This document shows positions 20,757 through 30,720 of a stretch of DNA of 64,000 nt, piece after piece. Under the pieces are notes generated by a model, which searched no databases, was not told the origin of the DNA, and saw nothing but the letters and a program-made list of their open reading frames with translations. Source of the DNA: a virus (lineage: Duplodnaviria; Caudoviricetes); IMG/VR virus record IMGVR_UViG_3300031993_000008, positions 184,383 to 248,382 of that record; one strand, given 5' to 3'. The position numbers were made by a program, and so were the translations under genes. Position 1 is the stretch's first letter; each line of letters opens with the position of its first letter.

Positions 20757-22445
20757 ATGTTACACACACTGATAATCTGGCCTAATGCCATGAATAAGGA
20801 ACAGTTCATCCTGGATGATGTAAGGAAGTCATTCAAGATAAAGAGACTGTTTCATATGAACTGGACACAACAGGATTTCCTGAAGAATCTTTATGTGTTC
20901 TATGCCAGTATGGATGCTGCAAAGTTGGACACCACAGCATACAAGAATATGATTGTCAATAAGGTCAAGGTAAATGGTACCGGTAAGTTTGATGTTCTTG
21001 TTGTGGAGGATCCCAATCCGAAGATTGAACACACAAAGACCATAGGTGGTGAATGTGATGCCAATACCAACATATATGAGAAGAAGACATATTACAGGTC
21101 ATTGACAAAACCTGGATACAAGATTCATTCAAGTAACAACACCCAGGAAACCACCAGGGATTTGTTATCTTTATTCAACCTGACAGTGGATGAGTTTGAA
21201 AAGAAATACCAGGGTTATGATGAGACACCTATTGAATATACAGAGAAGTCAAGGGGAGTCAAGGGTGGGTTTGACACCATATATGATTTCTTCAAGACTC
21301 TGAACAATAATATCAGGTATTGTGTGTTGAGAGGATTCGAGAATCTTCCTGATGAGTATCCAGTTGATGGTGGTGACATTGATATCCTGGTTGAAGACAA
21401 GAGATTCTTCAAGTATCTGACTGATGGAAGGAAAGTTTATCCTGAAGTTTACAGAGTCCAGTATGAAGTGAATATTGCCAGTAAACCTGTGAAGGTTGAT
21501 GTGAGGAATGTGGGAGACAACTATTACTGCAAGAAATGGGAGGAAGATATTCTGGAGAGGAGATTGTTTGTGAACGGTATCTATATTCCTTGCAACAATG
21601 ACTACAAGTATTCACTTCTGTATCATTGTCTTCTCCAGAAGAAAGAGATAAGTCCAAAATATAAGGACATCTTTGTATCATTCAATCTCATAGGAAGTAA
21701 GGAACATTTCCTTGATGAGTTGTCAGCATATATGATCAACAATATGTATGAGTATATCGCACCGTCAGACATCAGGGTATATTCCAATACAGAAAACATT
21801 GATGCTCTTACAGGAAAGAAGATTAAGAAACTTGGTGGAATATTGAATGGAACAATGTATCCTCTAATTGATTATGTGTATGAGAGAAAGAACAGTTTCA
21901 TCAAGTATGGTATAAAGGAGGTCATTGATAATGAGAAGAAAGTTCTTTCAGGTATGTGGAGTCCTCATTTTCCAAGAGTCCTGGCATATGGTACGGATGG
22001 AAAATTCTCCAAGTTTGAGATGACAAGGGTTGATGGTGTGAGACTGGATAAGTTAAAGAGTTCACCCAACTTCCTCTCTGTCAATGGAGACAAGATATTC
22101 AATGGTCTTCTTGATGTCCTGATTGATCTGCTTGACAACAACATCATCCACAGGGATATCATAGGACATAATCTCCTGGTCAATACAACCACATTCAATA
22201 TAGGTCTGATTGATTTCGGTTGGGGAGAATATATAACCAGTATGGACAAAGGTCTTCATCCTACACCATTGAAGAAATACAGACCGGATGATGGATTCTC
22301 CGACCCATATGCTATGGGTGTTGTCATTGATGAGATATTTGGTAACAGGTATAAAAACAAGACAGATATTCTGAAGACCATACATCATAAGGATTATAAG
22401 GATCCAAGCAGAATTAAGGAAATAATAAGATTATTATACATATGA
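20757..22445 (+). CDS. NDK-like + nucleotidyltransferase + kinase fusion protein
   Basis: Probable ATG at 20757; IHSSNNTQETTRDL (NDK-like), GGDIDILV (NTase), HRDI...NLL...IDFGW (kinase). Confidence 0.65.
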   Translation: MLHTLIIWPNAMNKEQFILDDVRKSFKIKRLFHMNWTQQDFLKNLYVFYASMDAAKLDTTAYKNMIVNKVKVNGTGKFDVLVVEDPNPKIEHTKTIGGECDANTNIYEKKTYYRSLTKPGYKIHSSNNTQETTRDLLSLFNLTVDEFEKKYQGYDETPIEYTEKSRGVKGGFDTIYDFFKTLNNNIRYCVLRGFENLPDEYPVDGGDIDILVEDKRFFKYLTDGRKVYPEVYRVQYEVNIASKPVKVDVRNVGDNYYCKKWEEDILERRLFVNGIYIPCNNDYKYSLLYHCLLQKKEISPKYKDIFVSFNLIGSKEHFLDELSAYMINNMYEYIAPSDIRVYSNTENIDALTGKKIKKLGGILNGTMYPLIDYVYERKNSFIKYGIKEVIDNEKKVLSGMWSPHFPRVLAYGTDGKFSKFEMTRVDGVRLDKLKSSPNFLSVNGDKIFNGLLDVLIDLLDNNIIHRDIIGHNLLVNTTTFNIGLIDFGWGEYITSMDKGLHPTPLKKYRPDDGFSDPYAMGVVIDEIFGNRYKNKTDILKTIHHKDYKDPSRIKEIIRLLYI

Positions 22446-24118
22446 ACCCTAAAGTAATAGTAACACTGACATCTTATCCATATAGGTTCAAGAAACCCGA
22501 AATGATAACCTGTCTGAAATCGTTGGTGAATCAGGAGACGGATGTACCATACAAGATTGTCTTCAACATATATGAGGGTGACATCAAGGAGATGCCTATC
22601 GAATTGTTCAAGTATGTTGAGAATAATAACATAGAACTTTACAGATGTCCCCTGGATCTCAGGTCACACAAGAAATACTACTATGTTATGCAGAAGTACA
22701 GAAACCTTCCAATCATAACTGTGGATGATGACATTGTGTATTCAAAACACCTTGTCAATGATTTGTACTCATCATATATGAAGTATTCAAAGTGTGTATC
22801 TGCCTGTTACCTTTACAGGATGACATTTGATGCCAATGACAAACTCATATGTTCATTCAAGAAATGGGATAAGAAATATGACAAGTATGAACCTTCATTC
22901 AGGAACTCATTTGGTTCAGGAGGAGGTACATTGTTCCCTCCAGGATGTCTTGACATCTCTGAAAAGAGGATGCCTATGATAAAGAGTTATATTACCGATG
23001 ATGAACTTCTTCTGAAGAAATGGTTGAATGATGCCGGCATTCCTGTTGTAAAATGCAGATATGACTGGACAGATGAGTCACATGGTGCAAAGAGTAAATG
23101 TGGTTCATATCTTGAGGCTGCCACATATGCCACAGACAACAACAGTCTCTGGAGGTCAGGAAACAATGTCAATATGGATAAACATATGAAGGAACTCCTG
23201 AGTATGTATAACTACAAGAAACTTGATGACACCATCAAACCTGATGTGGTGGTGACAATGACATCCTGGAAGAAAAGGATTGACAATGTGATGAAGACCA
23301 TTGAGTCCTGCAACAACCAGACCAGGATCCCGGATAAGATATACCTGAACCTCTCAATAGAAGAGTTTCCTGGAATGAACAATGACATTCCTGAAAGTAT
23401 TGTAAAGTATGAGGAGAGTCATAAGAACTTCATCATCAACTGGGTTGACGGTCCGAACACCAAACCATTCAAGAAGATGTTTCCAATTCTCAAGTATTGC
23501 AGATACAATGACATCATCATAACTGTAGATGATGATATGATAATCCCGGAGGATTTTGTGGAAAACAGAGTCAATGATTTTGAGAAATACAGACAACCCA
23601 TAACATCAGCAATATCTGTTGACAGACTGTTGGGATGTAACAAGATAAATGCGGGAAGTCTTTTCACCAAAAAGATGTTGTGGAACTGGGACAGGGTTCT
23701 GACAGACAAGGTGATAGAGACTTGTAATGATGACAGGACATACCTTTATATACTTTATCTGAATGGTTATATCCCAAGACTTGCATCAACATATGACATC
23801 AGGGACATATTCAAGTATATGCTTAATGAAGGTGCAGACAACAAATTGAGTAGTGTTGCATCAACATACAAATTCGGAAGACATTATGATGAGCATGTCA
23901 AGGATGTGATTATGAAGTTGACAGGGAAACCCATTGAGAAGTCATTCGGATATTTCAACAACAATAATTCCCAGAACCCATCCTGTGTTCCTTCATTTGT
24001 GAAACCTGAACCTGTAAAGAAGATGAATAAGATCCAGTCCTTGAGAAGGGACATTGAAGCAGGAAGGGTAGTGAGAGTTCCTGTTGTGGGAGGATTTGTC
24101 TGGAAGAGAGTTAAATAA
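22442..24118 (+). CDS. tandem two-domain GT-A glycosyltransferase
   Basis: Two copies of VT[LM]TS...ITVDDD; second domain is paralogous to 20030-20755. Confidence 0.8.
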   Translation: MNPKVIVTLTSYPYRFKKPEMITCLKSLVNQETDVPYKIVFNIYEGDIKEMPIELFKYVENNNIELYRCPLDLRSHKKYYYVMQKYRNLPIITVDDDIVYSKHLVNDLYSSYMKYSKCVSACYLYRMTFDANDKLICSFKKWDKKYDKYEPSFRNSFGSGGGTLFPPGCLDISEKRMPMIKSYITDDELLLKKWLNDAGIPVVKCRYDWTDESHGAKSKCGSYLEAATYATDNNSLWRSGNNVNMDKHMKELLSMYNYKKLDDTIKPDVVVTMTSWKKRIDNVMKTIESCNNQTRIPDKIYLNLSIEEFPGMNNDIPESIVKYEESHKNFIINWVDGPNTKPFKKMFPILKYCRYNDIIITVDDDMIIPEDFVENRVNDFEKYRQPITSAISVDRLLGCNKINAGSLFTKKMLWNWDRVLTDKVIETCNDDRTYLYILYLNGYIPRLASTYDIRDIFKYMLNEGADNKLSSVASTYKFGRHYDEHVKDVIMKLTGKPIEKSFGYFNNNNSQNPSCVPSFVKPEPVKKMNKIQSLRRDIEAGRVVRVPVVGGFVWKRVK

Positions 24119-24156
24119 TTTTGTTATATTTACAATAACCAATTAAATTATATTAT

Positions 24157-24486
24157 ATGTTTGGATTAAAAATAGTTAAGAGTCAGGATTATGCTGATTT
24201 GCAATATCAGCTTCAGCAGGCACTGGAAATCATCACAGAGGATAGTAAGAAGATTGATGACCTGAATGATACCATCAGAAAGCAAAATGAGTTGCTCAAG
24301 AAGTACAGGTCAGAATCCAAGAAGTCTTCAAAGACTACCAAGAGTGATGTAATTCTCCTCACTGATGTTGCAGAGACTCCATTGGTTGAAGAAACAAACT
24401 CAAATGGAAAACCAAAGAGGGTTATCAAGAAGACAGGTAATTCAAAACCTCATAGGAGAGTTATTCACAAGACTACAGAAAAGTAA
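24157..24486 (+). CDS. hypothetical coiled-coil protein
   Basis: ORF after TTGTTATATTT at 24121. Confidence 0.6.
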   Translation: MFGLKIVKSQDYADLQYQLQQALEIITEDSKKIDDLNDTIRKQNELLKKYRSESKKSSKTTKSDVILLTDVAETPLVEETNSNGKPKRVIKKTGNSKPHRRVIHKTTEK

Positions 24487-24549
24487 AAAGAAAGTCACCA
24501 AATTGGTGACTTTTTTGTTATATTTATTATATATAAAACATTTATAGAT

Positions 24550-25248
24550 ATGAGAAAGTTTGTAGGTTATGTAAATGGGAAATCCTATACTGATGAAGAG
24601 GATTTCAACAAAGCCGCACAGGAGGCTATCAAAAAGAATGAGGATAATCTTTCCATCACTTCATATTACAAGTACACAAGTGACAAGAAAGAAAACAATG
24701 AGGATGAAAAGAAGGAACTGCCTAATTATGTTTCCATAAATGAGTGCTTCCTTGGAGAAAGAAAACCAGATCAGGTTTCAAAACTGAATCCTGAGGAGGT
24801 AGGTAATTCAGGTTACACAAATGTTGTATATGAGGTATCACCAGAACTGGAGGCAAAACTGAAGACCGCAGTAAACAAGGACAACCTTAAGGAAAGTATT
24901 GAATACCATATCAATAAACTTGTCAATAACATTCAGAAATATAGGAGTGATTTGAAGAATACTGAAGACAAGATTGAAGCACTCCAGAATAAATTGAGTG
25001 ATCAGCAGGGATTGTTGTTGGACCAGGAAGGAAGGAGAAAGTATTACAACAATCTTATTGACATTCTTGAAAAATCAATTTCAGCTGAAAAGTCAGAAGA
25101 TGAGCAGAAGATAGAATCCAAAGATGAGCAGAAGGTTGAGATTCCTGTCATATCTCCAAAGGTAAAAGAGGATATCAGGAAGCTTCTCAATATTGATGAG
25201 AATACAAGTCTCTTTGACATATTAAGACAAGTAGGAGTATTGAAGTGA
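24550..25248 (+). CDS. hypothetical coiled-coil protein
   Basis: 232-aa ORF after TTGTTATATTT at 24515. Confidence 0.65.
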   Translation: MRKFVGYVNGKSYTDEEDFNKAAQEAIKKNEDNLSITSYYKYTSDKKENNEDEKKELPNYVSINECFLGERKPDQVSKLNPEEVGNSGYTNVVYEVSPELEAKLKTAVNKDNLKESIEYHINKLVNNIQKYRSDLKNTEDKIEALQNKLSDQQGLLLDQEGRRKYYNNLIDILEKSISAEKSEDEQKIESKDEQKVEIPVISPKVKEDIRKLLNIDENTSLFDILRQVGVLK

Positions 25249-25249
25249 T

Positions 25250-25777
25250 ATGGTAATAAAAGGTATTGAAAGAGGAGATAAGGATCTAAGACATTTCACC
25301 TTTGATGATGGTGATTATGTTGTTAGAGGAGGCAAGTATTACTATAAGGTCAATTATGGTAAGAATAAACTTGAAGGTGAATATGCTGAAGATGAGATAT
25401 CCTTTGTTGAGTGTACCAGGGTAATTCCCCTTGGTGGAAAGAAACCCAAACCAATTCCTGAATTGGTTGCAAAGATGACACCGGAAGTACAAACTTCAAC
25501 CCCTGAAGTTCCAGTCCAGGAGCCGAAGAAAAGGGGAAGAAAGGCAAAGGTTGAAAGTTCTGGTGATATTGGACCTGAAGCAGGTGTTTATCTCCAGGTT
25601 ACACCAGGCATATTTGAGTACACAGTAAACCAGTTCAATTTCAATGATATTGAAAAGTTACAGTCCAAATTGAATGAGATGGGTGAACAGGGATGGGAAA
25701 TGTGTGGATTTAGTCCTTACAGACCATTGTTTGGCGATACGCATATAGTCGCAGTATTCAAAAGAAAAAGAGGTTGA
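25250..25777 (+). CDS. hypothetical protein with C-terminal DUF4177-like domain
   Basis: EY.V...LNEMGEQGWEM...VFKR. Confidence 0.6.
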   Translation: MVIKGIERGDKDLRHFTFDDGDYVVRGGKYYYKVNYGKNKLEGEYAEDEISFVECTRVIPLGGKKPKPIPELVAKMTPEVQTSTPEVPVQEPKKRGRKAKVESSGDIGPEAGVYLQVTPGIFEYTVNQFNFNDIEKLQSKLNEMGEQGWEMCGFSPYRPLFGDTHIVAVFKRKRG

Positions 25778-25796
25778 GAAATCAACCTCTTTTTTA
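25765..25796. terminator. bidirectional terminator
   Basis: AAAAAGAGGTTGA-gaaa-TCAACCTCTTTTT. Confidence 0.85.
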
Positions 25797-26234
25797 TTAG
25801 TAACCTCTTTTCCTTAAGTTCTCAATATATGCTTTCCTGTTCACACCACCATTCTTGTCTGCTGACTTTTCCCAGGGTTGGTTGTAATACCATTCGCAGG
25901 AATCACTGTATTTCCAATTACTGTGGAATATCCTGTCATATATATTACCGAGAAGACTTGGAAGACCTATAACAATAAGATATAGAGGTCCCAGTCTTCT
26001 GGAGTCAACAGAATGACCATATTCATGACACATTGTCTCACCCCAGTCTTCCTTCTTTATGATGATGTAGTTTCCAAGACTGATTCCGGAAACCATCTCA
26101 TCTGTATAATAGAATGTCCTACCATTTAATTTGTGGTATGCCTTATCCTTTTTGTAGAAAAGAAGCAACATCAATCCAAGAATGTTCTGTGGGAGTTGCC
26201 AAATATAGAGAAGAATTTCTGTAAATGTTTTCAT
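25797..26234 (-). CDS. membrane-associated HExxH (zincin-like) protein
   Basis: MCHEYGHS...PWEKSAD; hydrophobic segments; late motif at 26258. Confidence 0.6.
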   Translation of the reverse strand: MKTFTEILLYIWQLPQNILGLMLLLFYKKDKAYHKLNGRTFYYTDEMVSGISLGNYIIIKKEDWGETMCHEYGHSVDSRRLGPLYLIVIGLPSLLGNIYDRIFHSNWKYSDSCEWYYNQPWEKSADKNGGVNRKAYIENLRKRGY

Positions 26235-26278
26235 ATTGTATACTGTTAGGTATTAGATATTTATGAAAAAAGCGGGGA

Positions 26279-26698
26279 TTACTCATCCTCGCTTTCTCCA
26301 TTATCTTCCTCATTATCACCATCATCTGTTTCTGTCTGGAATAACTTGTCTATGTTTTTCTTGACATCATCAACAATAGTCCTCATTTCATTTTGGTATT
26401 CTTCAATGGTTGTCATATCACCGGTAATATTGGGTATGTAACTTTTATCAGTCTGTATCCATTCCATAAGACTGATGTCATTTTCCTTTTTTGACTTTAT
26501 CCATTGATCATACACATCATTGGGAAAATCACTGATAATATCAAATATGACATCATTGATGCTTATGACATCACCATTCTCAAAAACAATGTCTGACATA
26601 TAATCATCAGACGGAACAGGTGATGAGTATTTGACTTTTATCTTTCCAGAAAGGTTATGCTTTCTGAAGAATGTTTCCAGATATTCTATATTTTTCAT
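26279..26698 (-). CDS. hypothetical protein
   Basis: 139-aa ORF after promoter motif 26704. Confidence 0.6.
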   Translation of the reverse strand: MKNIEYLETFFRKHNLSGKIKVKYSSPVPSDDYMSDIVFENGDVISINDVIFDIISDFPNDVYDQWIKSKKENDISLMEWIQTDKSYIPNITGDMTTIEEYQNEMRTIVDDVKKNIDKLFQTETDDGDNEEDNGESEDE

Positions 26699-26838
26699 AC
26701 ATTAAATATAACAAAAAGGGAAGGATTTCTCCTTCCCTTGTTTTTACCACTTTTTTGCCCTCTGTGAGACTTTATGGTATTTGGATGACCAAGTTATCAC
26801 ATTTGGAATAAAAGTGTCTTATATGTCATCTTTTGGGG

Positions 26839-28413
26839 TTATGACTCAAGTGCATTCCCAATTACCTGGTATCTTTCACTATCAAGTACTGACTTCAGTG
26901 CAGTCCAGGGATCTGTCTCTCCAGAGAGGATCATCTTGACATTGTTCACAGAGAATCCTGAAACAAGGATGACTCCTGCCTCATTAGAGGTTACAGGGAT
27001 TGTCTGTGTCCTGGAGTTGACATTCCAGAATACAATGTTAGGCATTGTGTAACCGGCATCAGTCCACCTCTGCTTGATTGTCTCAAAGAGAGACTTGTAC
27101 TTATCCATTATCTCGGTATGAGAAGTCCTATACCCGGCATATTCACAAGCCCCATCAAACTCCATATCAGAGACAATGAGGATTCTCTGAGGAACCTCAG
27201 ACTGTGGTATGTTGTTTGTAATTGCTGTCTCCAGGAGAAGGTCAAACACAAGCTGAAGATTGGTGTTTGAACAATCATCAAACTTGTTCATCTTGTTGTA
27301 CTTCTCAACAAGAGAGTGGCAGTCAGACAGGTCAATGTACCTTGGAGATGCTGAGAACTCAACAACCTTATCCTTATACTCACCTGTATTCCTCTCAGAG
27401 AAGAATATAGAGAGTGACCTTGACACATCAATGGCCATTATATTGTTGGTACCCTTGATGTAAGACTCCATAGAGCCGGAACCATCACATACCACCATAG
27501 TGTTACCGGTAGTAGGAATGTCCTTAAGGTTTGCCCACAGAGCCTCAATACCCTGGTCAAATTCAGCAGTATAATGACGGAGGTTATATGGACGACCATT
27601 ATTATACTTTGCATATACCTCATGAGGATAGAGGTTGGAAGCATGCATCACTGCACCTGTCTTTTCAGGTGAGTTGAGAGCATCCAGGTATGCCTTTCTT
27701 CTCTCTGGGTCATGCTTCATAAATGCCTTGACATAACGGGCATTGGCATTAGATGAGACCTTGTTGTAGTCAATCTCATTCCACCTGTCAGAACAGGTCT
27801 TAATCTCTGTCACATCAATGTAACTGCGGAGAGCAGAAAGCATCTTACGATACTCCATACTGCACAGTTCCATCTTACGGGCAATGAAGAGAGCAGTCCT
27901 TCTGGCCTTCTTTGAGGCATTGATTGAAGGTAACCACTTTGCAAGAAGTGATATTTTCTTTTCCTCCTTCATATTGATGAGGTCCTCCTTTATCTGCTCA
28001 CTGATAAGAGTACAGATGCTTTCGGCCAAGTAATTACCCTCACCTGTATAGGAGAGAATGTCAATGAGATCCTTCCAACGGCCAAACTCCGGGATGAGAG
28101 GAATGAGTTTCAGAGCAGCATCAATGTTATATGCACTGAATGCCAAGAACAGGGTTACAAAGGAGTCTCTCTCACCGAGTCCCTCACGGACATCACGGAG
28201 ATAGAACAACCACTTTGCAGCGGTCACCATATCATCCTGCAAGGCACTTACAAATGAATGTACATCCTCACCCTTCACATTGTTGTGATTGGAAGGGATA
28301 CGGAAGTTGAGGTCAACCAAGGGATTACCTGAAGTTGAATAACCTACTGCGCCATTCTCTGTTCTCTGAATTGAATTGACCATATCAAGGGTCTTCTGAT
28401 ACTCATTCATCAT
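26839..28413 (-). CDS. DUF2828/TROVE-like protein with C-terminal VWA domain
   Basis: RDVREGLGER, GRWKDL, LAKWLPS, VCDGSGSM (MIDAS), SDMEFD, VFWNV, VSGFS. Confidence 0.85.
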   Translation of the reverse strand: MMNEYQKTLDMVNSIQRTENGAVGYSTSGNPLVDLNFRIPSNHNNVKGEDVHSFVSALQDDMVTAAKWLFYLRDVREGLGERDSFVTLFLAFSAYNIDAALKLIPLIPEFGRWKDLIDILSYTGEGNYLAESICTLISEQIKEDLINMKEEKKISLLAKWLPSINASKKARRTALFIARKMELCSMEYRKMLSALRSYIDVTEIKTCSDRWNEIDYNKVSSNANARYVKAFMKHDPERRKAYLDALNSPEKTGAVMHASNLYPHEVYAKYNNGRPYNLRHYTAEFDQGIEALWANLKDIPTTGNTMVVCDGSGSMESYIKGTNNIMAIDVSRSLSIFFSERNTGEYKDKVVEFSASPRYIDLSDCHSLVEKYNKMNKFDDCSNTNLQLVFDLLLETAITNNIPQSEVPQRILIVSDMEFDGACEYAGYRTSHTEIMDKYKSLFETIKQRWTDAGYTMPNIVFWNVNSRTQTIPVTSNEAGVILVSGFSVNNVKMILSGETDPWTALKSVLDSERYQVIGNALES

Positions 28414-28477
28414 ATGTGTGTTGTTTTAAGGTTTAACTATACAAATATAACAAATTATTCCGGATTTTCCAATTTTT

Positions 28478-28933
28478 TCACTCAATATTTTTCATTTCCC
28501 TGTCCAAATCCCTCTCCTTTATGGTCTGGGACTTGTCATAAGTGTGTTTACCTTTCGCAATCGCAATCGTAAGTTTCACATAACCAGACTCATTGATGAA
28601 CATATTGACAGGGACAATGGTGATACCCTTTGTCTTTACTTCATTCTGGAGTTTGTTGAGTTCTCTCCTTTTGAGAAGGAGTTTCCTGTCTCTCTTGGGG
28701 TCATAGTTCTGGTAAGCAAACCCGGAGTTCTTATAGGGGGAGATGTGTAAGTTCTTGATATACAGTTCATTATTATCAAATGAACAATAAGAGTCAGACA
28801 TATTCACCTTACTCTCCCTGATGGATTTTATCTCACAACCCTTCAAGACAATACCTGCAACATACTTATCCAGGAGGAAGTAGTTGAAGTTTGCCTTTCG
28901 GTTGTCAATGAATATGTCCGGTTTCTTTTCCAT
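28478..28933 (-). CDS. smpB: SsrA(tmRNA)-binding protein
   Basis: NRKA.FNY, AGIVL.G.EIKSIR, RDRKLLL, AKGK..YDK...IKERD. Confidence 0.95.
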   Translation of the reverse strand: MEKKPDIFIDNRKANFNYFLLDKYVAGIVLKGCEIKSIRESKVNMSDSYCSFDNNELYIKNLHISPYKNSGFAYQNYDPKRDRKLLLKRRELNKLQNEVKTKGITIVPVNMFINESGYVKLTIAIAKGKHTYDKSQTIKERDLDREMKNIE

Positions 28934-28952
28934 TTTATAATCTGTTTATGAA

Positions 28953-29237
28953 TTAACTACACCATCCACAAGTACCGACATACAAGATGTCTTCCAGGAG
29001 ATCACATATCTCCAGATAGTCATCAAAGTCTATGCCATACTCTTCCAGTACTGATGGTTTCTCGGTTCTGTCTGCCTCAAACTTATGACACCCGCAACCA
29101 TAGTCAGGTGCATGTTCTATATCATCATCAAAACCTCTTCCAAAATCACTCTTGTCTGCATCCTTACCATTTATTGTGAATACACATAACTCACAAGGTA
29201 ATGCATCATATGGTTCTGCTATAACTTTTGCTTTCAT
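28953..29237 (-). CDS. hypothetical Cys-containing phage protein
   Basis: YGCG...CGWC motifs. Confidence 0.6.
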   Translation of the reverse strand: MKAKVIAEPYDALPCELCVFTINGKDADKSDFGRGFDDDIEHAPDYGCGCHKFEADRTEKPSVLEEYGIDFDDYLEICDLLEDILYVGTCGWCS

Positions 29238-29244
29238 TTTATGT

Positions 29245-29496
29245 TTATTTTTTCATAAAGTTTTTAAAACCATCAATGAACTCTTCCTTCTTGACAAATC
29301 CACCACATACACCATATTCATTGTCACCATCATAGTGATCATATATATTGTTTTCAATATATTCTAATGCCTTCTCAATAAAGGCATCAGTACGGATGTA
29401 TTCAATAAAAGAAATGTCACCCTTACCAATTAACCATGTTCTATTTTCGATATTTGGGTTTATGTAAATCTTCTCTGGTGCTTCGTTTTCTTTCAT
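29245..29496 (-). CDS. hypothetical phage protein
   Basis: APEKIY...EYIRTDAFIEKA motif common in Bacteroidota phages. Confidence 0.6.
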   Translation of the reverse strand: MKENEAPEKIYINPNIENRTWLIGKGDISFIEYIRTDAFIEKALEYIENNIYDHYDGDNEYGVCGGFVKKEEFIDGFKNFMKK

Positions 29497-29499
29497 AAA

Positions 29500-29793
29500 T
29501 CAATCTTCAAAATATATAGGTTCAACAGATACAATGCCACTACATTTCTCCAAATGTGTTTCATCTTTCCATGCCTTTATGTAAAAACATATTTGGTCAC
29601 CTGACCTTGTTCTTATTAAATTCTCGGGTTCAATTTGTAATGATGGGTCTTGTAAATTACACCAAGATACTATATCACCCAACACTGATTCCATTCTATT
29701 TTTTGCCTTTTCTTCTGAATGATAATAAAATGGTCCCCAGGTAAGCATATGTTCATCGGGAAAGACTATATTTCCTTCTATCTTATAATCCAT
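29500..29793 (-). CDS. hypothetical protein
   Basis: Probable start MDYKIEG at 29793 rather than the tracked longer start. Confidence 0.5.
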   Translation of the reverse strand: MDYKIEGNIVFPDEHMLTWGPFYYHSEEKAKNRMESVLGDIVSWCNLQDPSLQIEPENLIRTRSGDQICFYIKAWKDETHLEKCSGIVSVEPIYFED

Positions 29794-29800
29794 ATATTTT

Positions 29801-30436
29801 TTATTCCTTACAATTATAATACAGCAAGGTGGGGTTGTTATCGTGCACATCAATTTGCTTGTTGTACAACTGTGAGAACTTCTGCTTGTTGAAAGGTCTG
29901 GTGATGAGGTGATAACCATGAAGGGTGGGAATGGTTGCAACAATCTTATCCACACCGAAAGGTTCACACTGGTCAATCACACTCTTGAGAACATCCAGTT
30001 CAGAAGTCTCCTTGGTGTCGACATCAACAACCCAGGTCTTATTCTTGTCACAGGCACCGGTCTGACCACAGGCAGAATCAATGATGGTCTTTACACCTCT
30101 CCACTCATCAGGATTACCCTCTGCCCTCTCAATGATTCCAGCCAGAATACTGAGAGTCTTCAAGGAGATCTGTCTCCATGACTTTCTGTTGAGGTTGATG
30201 TATGCCCTGGCATTGAACAACTCACACAAATCTCTAATCTCCGGCATCTTGTATTCAAGATATTCCGGTGAAGAGATGTAGTAGGTCTTCACAGTCTGCT
30301 GTGAGATCTTCTTATCATCCGGTTCATAAGGAGTCTTACCATCCTTTGCCCTGTGGATAATCTGGAGCATATAAAACTCATCCTTGCCACAACCGGCAAT
30401 GATATTCTTAATCAGTTCTGTGTTATCTATAATCAT
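29801..30436 (-). CDS. AEP (primase-polymerase)-like small protein
   Basis: WVVDVD and TLHGYHLI motifs; probable start MIIDN. Confidence 0.5.
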   Translation of the reverse strand: MIIDNTELIKNIIAGCGKDEFYMLQIIHRAKDGKTPYEPDDKKISQQTVKTYYISSPEYLEYKMPEIRDLCELFNARAYINLNRKSWRQISLKTLSILAGIIERAEGNPDEWRGVKTIIDSACGQTGACDKNKTWVVDVDTKETSELDVLKSVIDQCEPFGVDKIVATIPTLHGYHLITRPFNKQKFSQLYNKQIDVHDNNPTLLYYNCKE

Positions 30437-30720
30437 AATTCCTTTTTGTATAAAATTTCCCAATCTGTTACTCTCTCATTCCACATATCCTCATAGTCAT
30501 AGTACATATAACCATTAATTGTGAATAAGTCACCATTGGTACATTTGTGTCTCTCAATAAGAAGAAATCTCTTCTTCTCCATAGGGATGTCCTCGTGCCT
30601 TACTGAACTATATTCTGTATGTTTATATGTGACAAGACAGACCATACATCCACCCTCCTTTGGGGTTTCTTTATCTAAAAATTCTCTGTATGTCATTTTC
30701 CTACCATATAATACTTCCAC
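30433..30720 (-). CDS. hypothetical protein
   Basis: ORF in tightly packed minus-strand operon. Confidence 0.5.
   Translation of the reverse strand: MEVLYGRKMTYREFLDKETPKEGGCMVCLVTYKHTEYSSVRHEDIPMEKKRFLLIERHKCTNGDLFTINGYMYYDYEDMWNERVTDWEILYKKEL

Noticed and set aside
28400-29000. tmRNA or tRNA genes near smpB
   Set aside because: No tRNA-like acceptor/T-arm ends were recognisable here or elsewhere by eye; needs ARAGORN to be certain.
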